Below, in pieces: positions 13,736 through 28,900 of a stretch of DNA of 64,000 nt (the first letter of the stretch is position 1; each line of letters opens with the position of its first letter). A program made the position numbers and the translations under genes. The DNA comes from the human T2T-CHM13v2.0 reference genome, Homo sapiens: the NCBI RefSeq assembly GCF_009914755.1, contig NC_060931.1; one strand, written 5' to 3'. The notes below the pieces were generated by a model. It did no database searches, was not told the DNA's origin, and saw only the letters and a list, made by a program, of their open reading frames with translations.

Positions 13736-14484
13736 AGTAGTTCTTAACCTGGGAATTCAAGAGATCTGTAAACTTGGATAGGAAAAAAAATGCATCTTTA
13801 TTCTCACTAACTTCTAAATAAAGTATGCATTTCCTTCAAATATGAATGATACCCTAAAACCTAGTAGTATTAGCCACAGTACCTGTGATTTGTCACCAAT
13901 AGAAATCACACATTTTCATAACACATTACAATAGTTTCAGACATTCCAAATATTCATGCTCATCACTACTTTGAAATAATAGTAGTTAATACACCCAACA
14001 CCAGGTCATTTTATTTAATGTGCTAGTAAGTCAGTGTATATTACAAACTTGGGTTTTTTTAATTATATATAATTGGTTTCTTTTGTAATGCTATGTATTT
14101 TTTTGGGGGGGGGAGACAGAGTCTCCCTCTGTCGCCCAGGCTGGAGTGCAGTGGCGCGATCTCGGCTCACTGCAAGCTCCAGCCTCCCAGGTTCATGCCA
14201 TTCTCCCGCCTCAGCCTCCCGAGTAGCTGGGACTACAGGCGCCCGCCACCACACCCGGCTAATTTTTTGTGTTTTTTAGTAGAGACAGGGTTTCACCGTG
14301 TTAGCCAGGATGGTCTCAATCTCCTGACCTCGTGATCTGCCCGTCTCGGCCTCCCAAAGTTCTGGGATTACAGGCGTGAGCCACCGCACCCGGCCATATT
14401 TTTTGTATTTAAAAGTAAAATGGATCCACAGGCTTCACCAGAATGCCAAAGTGCAACTTGGCACAAAGCAGGTTAAGAACCTTT
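13736..14484. mobile_element. hAT-Charlie non-autonomous DNA transposon interrupted by an AluY
   Basis: Perfect 12-bp inverted repeats GTTCTTAACCTG (13740-13751) and CAGGTTAAGAAC (14469-14480); internal sequence resembles Charlie-family MERs. Confidence 0.7.
14097..14395 (-). mobile_element. AluY
   Basis: Diagnostic cactgcaagctcc, gccattctc and cgtgttagccaggatggtctc; the tail contains a C9 run on the Alu strand. Confidence 0.92.
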
Positions 14485-15338
14485 AATCCAGTAGAATGTA
14501 CAGGTTTGGAGTGAAGACCCAAACTTACATCAGACATTGTTACCTGTGGTCTAGAGTAAATCACTTAATCTCTCATAGCCTCGGTTTCTTCGTTCACAAA
14601 TGCTTCCACGAGCTGCTGGGATATGCTAATGTACAAAAGGGGACGAATCAAATGTTAGACAACACCAGATCATGGAAGCGATGCTAGAGTTAATAGCACA
14701 TACACAGTCAATGGGACTTCTTTTTTTTTAAAGAATTTAACCCAAAAAATGTTTCAGAGGCAAGACAAAGGTAAAAGAGAACATTTCACAGTTTTATAAT
14801 CCCAACTCTACAAAAAAGAGTACTGCCCTCAGAAAATTTTCATAAGACAATCCAAAAAGCCAAAATGACAACCCAGATATGAACCAATCAACTCATTATT
14901 TCACATAATCATCTACATTTCTGTCACTCAGGAAAAGCTACCCTGCCTGAATTAACAAGAAGAGAATATTAACAGTTGTATTTAAGATGCAAATGTGGTA
15001 TATCCTTGAGCAAAAACGAGTCTCATGACTTTGTCCTTACCACAGAGGATAACACATTTATAAACTGTGTTGGAATGTTTTTGTTCAAATATGTTTTACG
15101 TGTTTCAACAATCACAGATCAAATTACAGGTGAAAAAAATCCAGTTTATTTGTCATTCTGAATTAAAAATAGTAAATGAATTGGCTACATTATGAAACTA
15201 ATATCTCAGCTAATGCAGACAAAAAAAATCTTTAATCCTCAGAGATTGGAGGTAAAAAGGAAGAAAGGAGAGATACAGATAATCCCAAAAGTCAGACAGT
15301 GGCTTCAGTTTTGGACCCAGTAAAAAATACCTACTCAG

Positions 15339-15688
15339 GGCCAGGCGCGGTGGCTCATGCCTGTAATCCCAGCACTTTGGGAGGCGGAGGTGGGCAGATC
15401 ACCAGAGGTCGGGAGTTCGAGACCAGCCTGACCAACATGGAGAAACTTCCGTCTCTACTAAAAATACAAAATTAGCCAAGTGTGGTGGCACATGCCTGTA
15501 ATCCCAAGCTACTCGGGAGGCTGAGGCAGGAGAATCGCTTGAATGCGGGAGGTGGAGGGTGCGTGAGCTGAGATCACGCCATTGCACTCCAGGCTGGGCA
15601 ACAAGAGCGAAACTCTGTCTCAAAAACAACAACGACAACAACAAAACTCCCTTAGGTCTGATCCTAGGTTAAATAAAAAAAAAAAAAA
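15339..15688 (+). mobile_element. AluSp-like element with extra 3' segment and second A-tail inside the TSD
   Basis: Contains accagcctgaccaacatggagaaac; 17-bp TSD AAAAAATACCTACTCAG at 15322-15338 and 15683-15699. Confidence 0.9.
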
Positions 15689-16534
15689 TACCTACTCAGA
15701 CAGAATCACTTACTTCGTGGAGACAGCCATGAGCTGTGGGGATAAAGTCAGCGGGGGAGGGAAAGCGTAGTTTATATCTGCTTATATCTGCTAGTACTCT
15801 GACACTGGGCTGGGAAAATAATATGCACATATAACTTGAAGTGACTACAAAACAACAATAATTTTAATCCATCATTGAGAACAATATAAAACAATAAAAT
15901 ATAACTATACAAAACTGAGTGCAGTAAGTGGCAAATTAAGAAGTAATCAGAGTTCCATAGGGATAGTCAGGATAGGCTTCCTGGAAGAGGCAGGATTTTT
16001 ACTAATTCCAAAGATGAATCCGGCCTAATAGAGAAGTGAGGAGAAGGGTGACAAATAAGGGAGGGGTAAAGAGGCAGAAGGGAAGCAGGGATCATAGCAG
16101 CTAGTTTAGAAATAAACAAAAGGGACCACCATTCTAAATTAAGTCATCAAAATAGCTAGTCATAGACAATTGGAAAATCACTACCAAAGGGTAAGTGTAG
16201 GAAACTCCCCCCTAAAACAATTGAAAACCTCTCAGATACAATAATAATAGAGTGTTTGGAGAACAGCAGTAACATAGAAATGTATGTGCAAATACTCCCC
16301 CCAAGCGGGCCGCAAAAGATATATAAATCCACAAAGTGAGAGAGCAAGCACTTCGGGGTGTGTGAAAGCAAGAGGAAGCAGAGTTGAAGACATTCTGCAA
16401 GTTTCCGCCAAGAGAATGGAATTTTTCTTAAAATATGCACACATCTGCCCTAAAGTCACATAAAATAAATGTGTTGATTTAAAAGTACCAGGCATCTGAT
16501 ATCTTAGCAATAGCTTTTCAATTCCATAACCTCT

Positions 16535-16840
16535 TATTTTAAAATCATTTCAAACCACAGAAAAGTTGTAAGAATGCCATAAAAAATCCGCGTATACCCT
16601 TCACCCAAACTTCCCAATTAACATTTCACCAGATATATTTGATCATTCTCTCTATACAAACATAACACGCACATACACACACAAATATTTTCTTCTGAAA
16701 CACATGACGATAAATTGCAGACATGATGCCTTTACCCCTAAATATTCCAACGTAATTTCCAAAACACAAGGACAATCTGTTATATAACTACAGCACCATG
16801 ATCAAATTAGGACATTAACAGCCATAAATACTATAATGTA
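16535..16840 (-). mobile_element. Old L1M 3' fragment
   Basis: Contains cagaaaagttgtaagaat...tatacccttcaccca...ttgcagacatgatgcctttacccctaaata, resembling the reverse of an L1MC/MD 3'UTR. Confidence 0.6.
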
Positions 16841-17563
16841 CAGATCATATTCTTTTGAATCAATTATCCACAATAGAGCTTCTAAAGGGAAAGAAATCTG
16901 ATTCAGATTCAAGATGATGCACATATTTTTAGACATGTGATTTTTTAATTTATTGTAGGCAGACTTAATTAAACTTAATAAATCCAAGGTAAACAGTACC
17001 CAACAATTTTATCCTACTTTGAAGACTATAATGTGCTTGTTAGTGATGTTTATTACCACTTCTCATTTAACCGCCAATACTTAACCAATAATGCTTGAGG
17101 GCAACAAGCCTTACTCATCTTTGTATTCCTCATAATTTATACACACTATGAATGTTTGAGAAGCAAAGTATGTTTGAAGTTTGAAAGATGTTTCAAAAAA
17201 ATAGAAACAGCAGGGCTATTCTTTTCAGGTTAAACTCTCCATTAAGATTCTCCATGAAAGAAAAAAGGTAACTGTACATTAATACAATTAGAGAATAATA
17301 GTGTCTGAACATGAAACAATTTCTTTACTTGTGGTGTTTAACCATTTAGAATAAAGAAAATACTCCATAATCCACACTTCCACTGTGAACCTCTGAACAA
17401 TGACTCCTTGGTCAAAGTCCTTTTTACAGCTAGTGCACTGCTGCTACATGCCATTGCTTCTAAGGTACACATTTATTCGTCTCTGATACCGACGGTATCT
17501 TCCTGTCACTGTGGGCCAGGTGGTAGTCATAACATAGTTCATGACATTATCTATGTGAGATCA

Positions 17564-17909
<346 letters not shown>

Positions 17910-18262
17910 CAGAATGAGAGTCAGCAGCTTGGAAGAAAATTCCAGGATAGACAGTAGAGCACACTTTTTAACAACTGCTACATTACTACCACTCTTAATG
18001 GCACACAGGGTGACAGTATAGGAAAAAACACTCACATGGACAACATGGAGGCAGAAAATGATTCAGAAGACTTGGGCTCTGAATGTAAGCTTCAAGAATA
18101 TTGCTACCAATTCATTTCACTTAAATTTTCCTTTTTATTTATGAACATAGATAGAACAACTCCAATAAACATAAAATGAATATTCTAATGGATAGGAAAG
18201 CACTTTATCACAGCTTAACTGTCAAGGTTATTTCTTAGTGGAACATAAAATCTTAAAAATAT

Positions 18263-18563
18263 GCCAGGCGCAGTGGCTCATGACTTTAGTAATCCCAGTA
18301 CTTTGGGAGGATGAGGGAGATAGACCACTTGAGGTCAGGAGTTTGACACCAGCCTGACCGACATGGCAAAGCCCTGTCTCTGCTAAAAATACAAAAAATT
18401 AGCCAGGCGTGGTGGAACGTGCCTGTAATCCCAGCTACTCAGGAGGCTGAGGCACCAGAATCACTTGAACCCAGGAGGCAGAGACTGCAGTGAGCTGAGA
18501 TTGAACCACTGCTCTCCAGGCTGGGTGACAGAGCAAGACTCCATCTCAAAAAATAAAATAAAA
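18263..18563 (+). mobile_element. AluS
   Basis: Dimer; ATAAAATCTTA on both sides. Confidence 0.9.
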
Positions 18564-21500
18564 TCTTATAATTACTGGCATCTTAAATGCAATAAAACAC
18601 AATATTTCAAGCACAGAGAATACTGCTCAATGTTCTTGAAGAGTTCCTTCAGAAAAAGACCACAGCCAAGCCAGAAAGCATAACAACAATTACACCTGCT
18701 AGCTTTAAACTTCTCCAAACACTGACAAGGTTCTTGTAAGCCAGTGGGGGCACTGCAACATTCAAGCAGCCACTTCTTGAGGCTGCATTTCAAAAGGCAG
18801 GATCTCTATCTCCATTATAACATGTTTCTGCCTCATAACAGGGCAAGCAAACAGCGCGGGGAGATAGCATGACACACACACCCTTCCAAACCAAAACACA
18901 GCTGCTCTGTTAAATTTAGACCTACCAACCTTGACAGTACCCTTTTAACTACTATTTTTTCCCTAATTCTCTGGGGTGCTTTTTTTAAACCTAGAAGCTG
19001 CCAACAGCATTTTTCTACTAGCCAAGTTATTCTAAGCATCATATCCAAATAATGCAACATAAATAAATTCTTCTAAAGCAATAGATTTGTTTAAACGTAT
19101 ACTCTTGCACCTTGATCATTTTTATTTTTTTCTAATTTTTAAATTTTATATATTAGTTCTAGGCATACACACATATGTATATGTATGAATGAACATTTAG
19201 AGATAAAATTGCATTTCAGGCTGCTTGAGGATAACCTCAAAAAAAGACAATTCTCATTTATAAATGTTCACAGACATATACAAATAAGCTCATAATTATA
19301 ACTATATGTAGCTATATAACTATAGCTGCAAATCTAATCATTCGTTCAAAAAAATGTTTTGTCCAAGTATAATCGCAGTGTTAGGAAACAAAGACGAATG
19401 AAAATGGTTCTTATCTAAAAAGCTCAGAATCTATCAAGGGAATCTTAGAGATAACAGTCCATTCCACCATCTGACAGATAAGAACACTAAGGCCCAGAGA
19501 AATAAAGAAACATACCCAAGGTAAAACAGCCAGTTGGTTATAAGGTTGAGATAGAAGTATTTCTAGTCAGCAATCCAATACCATGCCAATTTAGTCTCTA
19601 CTGATTCTACAATGTTCTAGGCATTAGGTTAGCCCTGAGTTAAGTATTATTCCAATGTTATAAAGAGCCCCATGGTGACTCAGGGCTGGCTGGTCCCAAA
19701 ACCTGAGCCCCCTCATTGTATCAATTGCCTCTGTGCTAACCATTCTGCAGCTACAGACCTTCACAGACTCTGGCCTCTGTCTCCCTGAAAAATGACCCGA
19801 CACAGCATCAAAGTATTTCCATGTGCAGGTACTAAATCCTCCCTCCCTCCTACATAAAGTTTAGTGGAGGAGAGGAATGCAATCGTTGATAGCTTTGAAG
19901 CAGAGAAAAGCAAAAACAAAAAACCACCACCATCATACTTGAAATAGTGAATAAACAAAAGCCAACCAAAATTATATCAACTATTATAAAAGTGAATTGT
20001 TACAATCCCTTGATGTCACTGACCAGCCATGCCAGCCCTGGGCAAAACAGCAAGCAGGAGAAAGCTTGCCTTTGGCATTAGCCTGTACTGCAAAAAAACT
20101 TCAGTGACTAACGAACTGTTAAAATGCTCATACTAACATATCTGTGGTTGACACATTATTTTCTTAAGTGACAAACACACATACACAGACACACATTTGT
20201 ATGTATACAAATGTTTGCTTGTAATCAAAACTGCATAGAGACAATAACTGAACTCAGATGTTGGAATCCAAAGTTGATATTTCAAACCCTCTCACAAGAC
20301 ATATGGAAAACCTGTACAGAAAGGAGCCAACCTTGACCGCAGCTATGGAAAATCATGCCAACTCTTCAGGGGTGCCATAGCTCATTTGTATATTCGTCAT
20401 TAAAAAGTAAAATGCTATTTGGGTTTCCAAGTTAACCCAAAAACCCATGATAAGCCTGAAGAATTATTCTAACAACAATATTTCATCTGTACTCATTCTT
20501 TCTTTGGGAAAATGCATTCTGGATCCCTTTGTTCCATAATGGGAATTGCCCAAGAAAGACTAGTGGCTTTGGCACACAGCTCCTATCACTCTAAACTTCC
20601 TCCAAATTCACACGGCATTTTCTCTATATTTTTCTCTTGGCAGTCACTGCTTTTTACAATTTCTTAATAGTTGCTTATTTATAGCTATGTTAGCCCCTGT
20701 CACTCTTGGACATCACAAATATAGTAAGAGGCAAAGCTGAAGGCCAGGCTCAGTCACGTCAGGGCTTAAATATCTATCAATATTCGTGCTCCTTTCACCT
20801 AACCACAGTGCTGGCTGGCCATTTATTCAATAGGTGTCTCAGAGCAAACTCTTGGGTCATGCACAGGAGGAATGGGGACTATTTGCAACACTCAGAGAAT
20901 CTCCCACCAAATCCTGACGCCTCTGCCTCTCTCTGGTCTAGTGAGCACTCAAATTTATACTTGGAAAGACCTACTGATTCAGCCCAAGCCATTCCACTGA
21001 GCAACACTCTGCTAGTCACGGGACACGTCATGAGAAGCCAAATATAATACTTTTGCTATGACAGAGTCTATGAAGAATCCCTAGTAACAATCACATGTGT
21101 GGTGAAGAACCACCCACTTCCACTATTCCTTTAAATCAGGGTCAAGTAGATTGTGTCTCCCTCCCAAGACGTTAATCTGAAGCATCCCATTCTTCAAAAT
21201 AGTTGGCAATTATATGAAAAAGAAAAATGCATACATAATAATGCTAAGTGTCCTAAAGAATGACTCTGGTGATAAAGTGTCAGAAAATAACTGTTTTATT
21301 TAAGTTACTTGATGATGATCTCATTCAAGATTTCTTGTGGTTAACTGCATGATAAATACCTTCTGGCTATGATCTTTGTTCATTTTTCAAGAGGGCAAAA
21401 TTTTGCATGAATGAACACACAAGAAAAGATGCTCCCTGCTCTTTCATCAACACAGAAACCACTAGTCCCCACAATGTGGAAGAAAAAAGAAAACTGCATT

Positions 21501-22089
21501 AAACAATTTATCTAAGGGCATGTTTTATTAATAAGTATTGCTTCATTAGTGCACAAATGCTATTTTAATGTAAAACATACTTTTAAAAATAAAGTACCTG
21601 TTAATGAGAAGTACAAGATCAACAGGCTAAAAAACAAACTATACCTACCTCTTCATTCTGAAGGTGACAGAAAAATAGCACCATTCCTTGTACTTCTGCC
21701 AATGCTATGCCTATTTATTAAGATAAAGCAATATATTACTCCATGAAGACAAACTTCTTCAATGACTTGAAACAAAAATATACTGTCCAAATATATCCAA
21801 CAACGACATTCTGCTAATACTAAAATAACTTAGTGCAGTATTTCTCTGACAGAGAGAATGAGGTCATTCTGCATAGGCTCACAAGAATTCCCTCTCACAC
21901 TGCCTTGCATCTCTGAAATGGTTAATGAAGTCCCAAAGCACATGCTATGAGCTCCCAGTCCAAACTTCAAAAAATAACAATAAATATTATATAATGCAAG
22001 TCCCTATGTATATACGGTAAACATAAAAACAGGAAAAAAATGCATTTAAAGATACTTTTGTTAAAATTTGACAAAATTTCAAAAGTATT

Positions 22090-22350
22090 TCAAAAGCTTT
22101 ATTGACACAAAATGTGTATAACATAAAATTTACCCATTTAAAGTACCATGCAATGGTGTTTAGTATATCCTCAGAGTTGTGCAACAATCAGCAGTGACTC
22201 CCTATCCTTGTTACCACCACCACCACCCCAGCCCTAGGCAACCACCACTTCTGCTCTTTATACATTTGCCTATACTGGACATTTCCTATAAATGGGATCA
22301 TTTAGTATGTGGTCTTTTGTGACTGACTGCTTTCATCAAACATGTTTTTG
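22090..22350 (-). mobile_element. L1MB-like 3'UTR fragment
   Basis: Contains aaaatttacccatttaaagtac...cagagttgtgcaacaatc...ccagccctaggcaaccac...ggacatttc. Confidence 0.7.
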
Positions 22351-22574
22351 AAGTGGAAAGTATTCTGAAGAAGCTGGGGATGATCACAGGCCCATCCATT
22401 CATTCATTCCATTGTCAAGTGTTTCTTGAGCACCTTCTACAGGTCAGACAGATGCCATATGGGTCACAAAGGAACCAGGGGCTCTCAGGTATGCCTTCTG
22501 CCCACAAGGAGCTTAATGTATAGTAAAGGTGCTAACAGAGTTATAAATAAGTAACCGTTTTTAAAATGTAGAGG

Positions 22575-22706
22575 GGCCTGGCATGGTGGCACTCACCTTT
22601 AATCCCAGCTACTTGGAAGGCTGAGGTGGGAGTATCACTTGAACCCAAGAGTTTGAGTTCAGCCTGGGAAAAACAGTGAGACCTCATCTCTTTAAAAAAA
22701 CAAAAA
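22575..22706 (+). mobile_element. FLAM (Alu monomer)
   Basis: Single ~130-bp Alu monomer followed by an A-tail. Confidence 0.8.
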
Positions 22707-23200
22707 TTATGTATTCTTAATATATAATGATATGTATATAAAATATACACATATAATTTTGCATATACTTATATGTTTATAATATACTTATATATTATAA
22801 TTAATTATAATTATATTATCTATTTAATTAGAATAATTAGTTGAATATATTATATATAATTGTTATATATTTATAATTAGTTGTATTATATATTTGATTA
22901 TAATTAATTATAATTATGTTATATAATTATAATAGTTATGTTATATAGTAATCATAATTATATTTGTTATGTATTTATTATAATTAATTATAATTATGTT
23001 ATGTAATTAATTATAATTGTTATATATTTATTATAATTAATTATAATATAATTGTTACATATTTAATTATAATTGTTTATAATTATTATGTATTTATTAT
23101 AATTAATTCTAATATAATTGTGTTATATATCAAATTATAATTAATTATAACATGTGTTATACATTTAATTATATTATAGTTAATTATATATAATTATATG
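22707..23200. repeat. AT-rich low-complexity (TATAAT/ATAATT)n tract
   Basis: About 490 bp almost entirely A/T, with repeated self-complementary ATAATTAATTAT units. Confidence 0.92.
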
Positions 23201-23393
23201 TGTGTGTATACATAAAATACTGACTGCCAAGAGAAAAATATAGATAAAATGTCATGTGAGTTTAGAGGAAGGCAAATAGGATCAAGAAAAGTTCTGTTGA
23301 GGTGACTTTGGAGGTGATATCTCTCCCTCACTCCTCCCCCACCATACTCACACATATATATTAATTAAAAATAGTATAAAGATGTAAGGATAG

Positions 23394-23691
23394 AGCCAGG
23401 GCAGTGGCTCACACCTGTAATCACGCCTGTGCTTTGGGAGGCTGAGCAGAAGAATCACTTCAGCCCAAGAGTTAGAGACCAGCCTGAGCAACAGAGTGAG
23501 ACCCCGTCTCTACAAAAAAGAAAAAAGTCTGCCAAATGTGGTGGTGGCACACACTTGTAACCCAAACTACTCAGGAAACTGAGGAGGGAGGATTGTTTGC
23601 ACCCAGAAGGTCAAGGCTGCAGTGATCTATGATCACACCACTGCATTCGGCCTAGGTAACAGAGCAAGACTATGCCTCAAAAAAAAAAAAA
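23394..23691 (+). mobile_element. AluJ
   Basis: Diverged dimer with A-tail. Confidence 0.88.
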
Positions 23692-24811
23692 TGTAGGGTT
23701 AGAGCCATTTACTATAGAAGCAAATCCCCACTCCTTAGCTTTGTCAGTCTATTCGTATTTACTCCTTGTAACCTCATCTCCCACCAAGTACGTGCATTTC
23801 AAATAAATATAACTAGTTATAATTCACAGAAATCACCAAGCCCTTTATGACTGTAACCAATGCACCCATCATCGCACATCATCCTTCTCCCAAGAAATGC
23901 CCTTTCTCCTCCTCGCCCCCACCACCAATTCCATCATGTCTGATTGGTAAACTCCTATTATTCCTCCTTCAATATTCAGCTCAAACATCATCACCACCCC
24001 TTTCCTGAAGTCTGCCCTGACCGCCCTATGCAGAGTTAGTCGGCAGTCACATCTCTGACCTATTCATCTTTGAAACTCTGGCACTTAGTACAGTGTCTGG
24101 CACATAGCCAGTAATAAATAAATAAATGTTTGTTGGAACAAGGGCACAGAAAACCAAATGAAAGCCAAAGAGGGTAGACAGAAAGTAGTTCACTTGGCAA
24201 GAGTCAATGTGGAACAGGTAAAAGGTGGCAGTGAAGTTATGGCCCTGGATGCTTCTGTGTTAAAGAAGAAAAAAAGAAAAGGATACTTAGTGATCACCTG
24301 CTATATTTCACTCAGCACCTGTATATTTTCTCATTTAGTCTCCATGGCAACCATGAGAAATTGGCATTAGTCTCCCCATTTTATTCTGAAGAAAAATGAG
24401 ACAACTTGTCCATGATCACACAACTATTAAATGGCAAAAGCCCTTTGAACACTAAATATACACCACATGAGCTCACTCTCTCTCTCTCTCCTCTATTCAG
24501 TGGTGATTTAACTACCACCTTTCCATTTTCCATGTGAAGAACTGGGGTTCATTTCCTCTGTAGCCCTATTTCTGAAAGCATGCAATCACATTACATCACT
24601 GCCAGTAAAGCACAGATGGTGATTTCAGTTGGCCTTTGCAATTGGGTCTGGTTCGGCTGGTTCAAGTTACACCTATTGAGGCACATCACAGATGATGCTG
24701 CAGGGCTGGGAATAGGGAGGTGTTTGTTCAACTAAAAGAATTTTACTTGGATGGAGAGAAAAAGGTAGTTCTCAATCAAAATATAACATAGCCTTAAAAA
24801 GTTTCAGTTCA

Positions 24812-25117
24812 GGCCAGGCTCAATGGCTCATGCCTATAATCCCAGCACTTTGTGAAGCTGAGACAGAAGGATGGAATGAAGCCAGGAGTTTGAGACCAGC
24901 CTGAGCAACATAGCAAGATCCTGTCTCTACAAAAAAAATTAAAAATTGGCAGTGTGGGGGCACCTGCCTGTAGTCCCAGCTACTCAGGAGGCTGAGATAG
25001 GAGAATCTCCTTGAGCCCAGCAGTTCAAGGCTGCAGTGAGCCATTACCATACCATAGCACTCCAGCTAGGGTGATACAGTAAGACCTCGTCTCAAAAAAA
25101 GAAAAAAAAAGAAAAAA
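24812..25117 (+). mobile_element. AluJ
   Basis: Dimer; degenerate TSD aaaagtttcagttca / aaaggtttcagctca. Confidence 0.88.
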
Positions 25118-25771
25118 GGTTTCAGCTCAAAGTCCTATAATCAATCATGAACAATTTTTAAAATCACCATTTTTAACAAGTTTTATGTCATCACTTTTGT
25201 AAATGTCATTTTTGCAAAAAAGATGAACACGGGTTATGAAATAGTGCCTATGTCAGTAGAGGTATGTTTAATAGGACAGGAAAAAATAATTAGAGGAAAA
25301 ATTTATTATTTGTATGTTTATCAAGCTTGAGCAAAAATACTTTTTCATTATACACATACATATATTTAATTTTCTTTAAAGATTTATTAAAAAAATAAAA
25401 TATGTCAAAGGTCAAAGAATCATGAAAACAGGATTATAACTTCCCATAATCTTATAATGCCCACTCTCAAAAGTTTCTGAGATGGAATATTAAAGCAACA
25501 TTTTTAGAAAAGTTTTAAAAAATTTCACAAAAGCAGTGTATGGGCTCAATCCCATCAGATTCCCAGAGAAGACAACATGTTATTAAGAAAAATTAAAGAA
25601 ACATATTGTGCTCAATGAGTATCTTTGCTGTCCCACAAAATTAAACAAAAGCTGCTTAGCTGGCCTCATTTTTCCTACCAAGGAAAAAGAAACAGGTGAT
25701 TGGCCTTATTTTTTACTGTAAGTATGCATGCACAGTTAAAGCCATCTCTTCTTGCTAAAAGCACAAGTTTC

Positions 25772-25933
25772 TTTTTTTTTTTTTTCTTTGAGATGGGGTG
25801 TCACTCTGTCACCCAGGCTGGAGTGCAGGGATGCAAACATAGTACACTTCCAAGCTCGATCTCCTGGGCTCAAGGGATCCTCCTGCCTTGGTCTCCCAAA
25901 GTGCTGGGATTACAGGCCTGAGCCATCACACCA
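25772..25933 (-). mobile_element. FRAM-like Alu monomer
   Basis: ~160-bp monomer; TSD AAAAG(C/T)ACAAGTTTC on both sides. Confidence 0.8.
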
Positions 25934-27399
25934 AAAAGTACAAGTTTCAAGAAGGGAAATGAATTGAGGGCTGCCAGAGGTATTTTGTTAAAATAATTTG
26001 TTTAAATGATTATAAGGATGATATTCAGAATCCGTAACCTAGCTGGTTGCATAACAAAACAATGTTTTTGGGGGAGCTGTTGACCTTAAATGCTGCTTTA
26101 ATATTTTTGATTTAAATCAAATTTATCCTGATTTTAATAACTGATTTTCATTTCATTCCTCAGATCCATTCTCAAAACTGACACACAGCAATCAATATTT
26201 TATCTTATTGTTTAAAGTCATGAGATGACCACTATGTCAACAAAAAAACAAATTGCATCTGAAGAATTTAGCGTAACTACCAAATGAAGCCAATCCGACA
26301 TCATTATACGCATTCCCTGTGACTGTAGCACACGGTGATGAGGTGAAAAGGAAGCACTGGGTAAAAGCCCATATGAGCTAAAGCAAATTCTAGAGGTTTT
26401 CTTAGCTCTTTATTAGTTAGGGCTCCTCAGATGCTTCTGTGTGTTTGAGCACACGGGGAGCTCCCTGAGCTAGCTCCCTGATCTCCCAGTCGTCCCCACA
26501 CTGGGAGGACTGGCCCAAGCATTGGACCTTCCTTCCAACCCCTACCCAGAAGCCAAACCAAACCGCAACCTTCCTGGGCTTCCAGACACCAAAGTCCCTA
26601 GACTTCAAAGAGCAGGCCTCAGAGGCTTGAGGAAATGAATGATGGCAGAAAGACCACTCTTTCAAGAAGAAAATAAGTCATGATCCTCAAGTGAGAAGCT
26701 GAGATCAGACACGAGAAAAGCCACACAGGAGAAGATAGAGTGAAGAAAAGCTCCACTCTCAAGTGTCCCAGAGTTTTGACAACAGGAAGAGAGCAGCGGG
26801 TTCTACTAGAAAAGGAAGCCAGGGGTAACTTGTTTTCCAAGTTAGGGACCTACCTCTAGACACCCTAACCAAACCTCACCTAAAACTCCTAGCCTAAAAT
26901 TCCAGGGGACAAAGGTACTAATGTCAGATTAACTTCGACCCAATGGAGGAGGAAAGTGAGGAGGGTAGCAGGAACTGAGAGCGGGAGGGTCCGAGAAGGG
27001 AAAATCCCAACTCACTACAGCACTCACCAAAACTTGTCAAGTCTACACAGATGATTTCCTTTCTAAACTAAATTAGTAACTAGGAGGAGGACATGAACCT
27101 CCACATCAATGTTTCCAAATCCAGAGCCCCGCTCCCTAGCCACTCCTCCACAGACTCGTACTTTTCCCCAGATGGTACTCAAGAAAGTGCCTCTTCCAAA
27201 AGGGCTTCCTTGGGTCTGCTACGATTGAGACCTGAAACTGGCATTGTATAAGCACCATCAGGAGCCTGGTGAAGACACTCACACCCATGCCCAGTGGAAC
27301 CAACCTAAGAGAAAGACCCCTTTTCCTGCTTGCCTCTTAGTGGACACAGGCACTTGTACATATCAGGCTTCATTATCTGATTTGCTTTAGCTCACGCAT

Positions 27400-28900
<1,501 letters not shown>

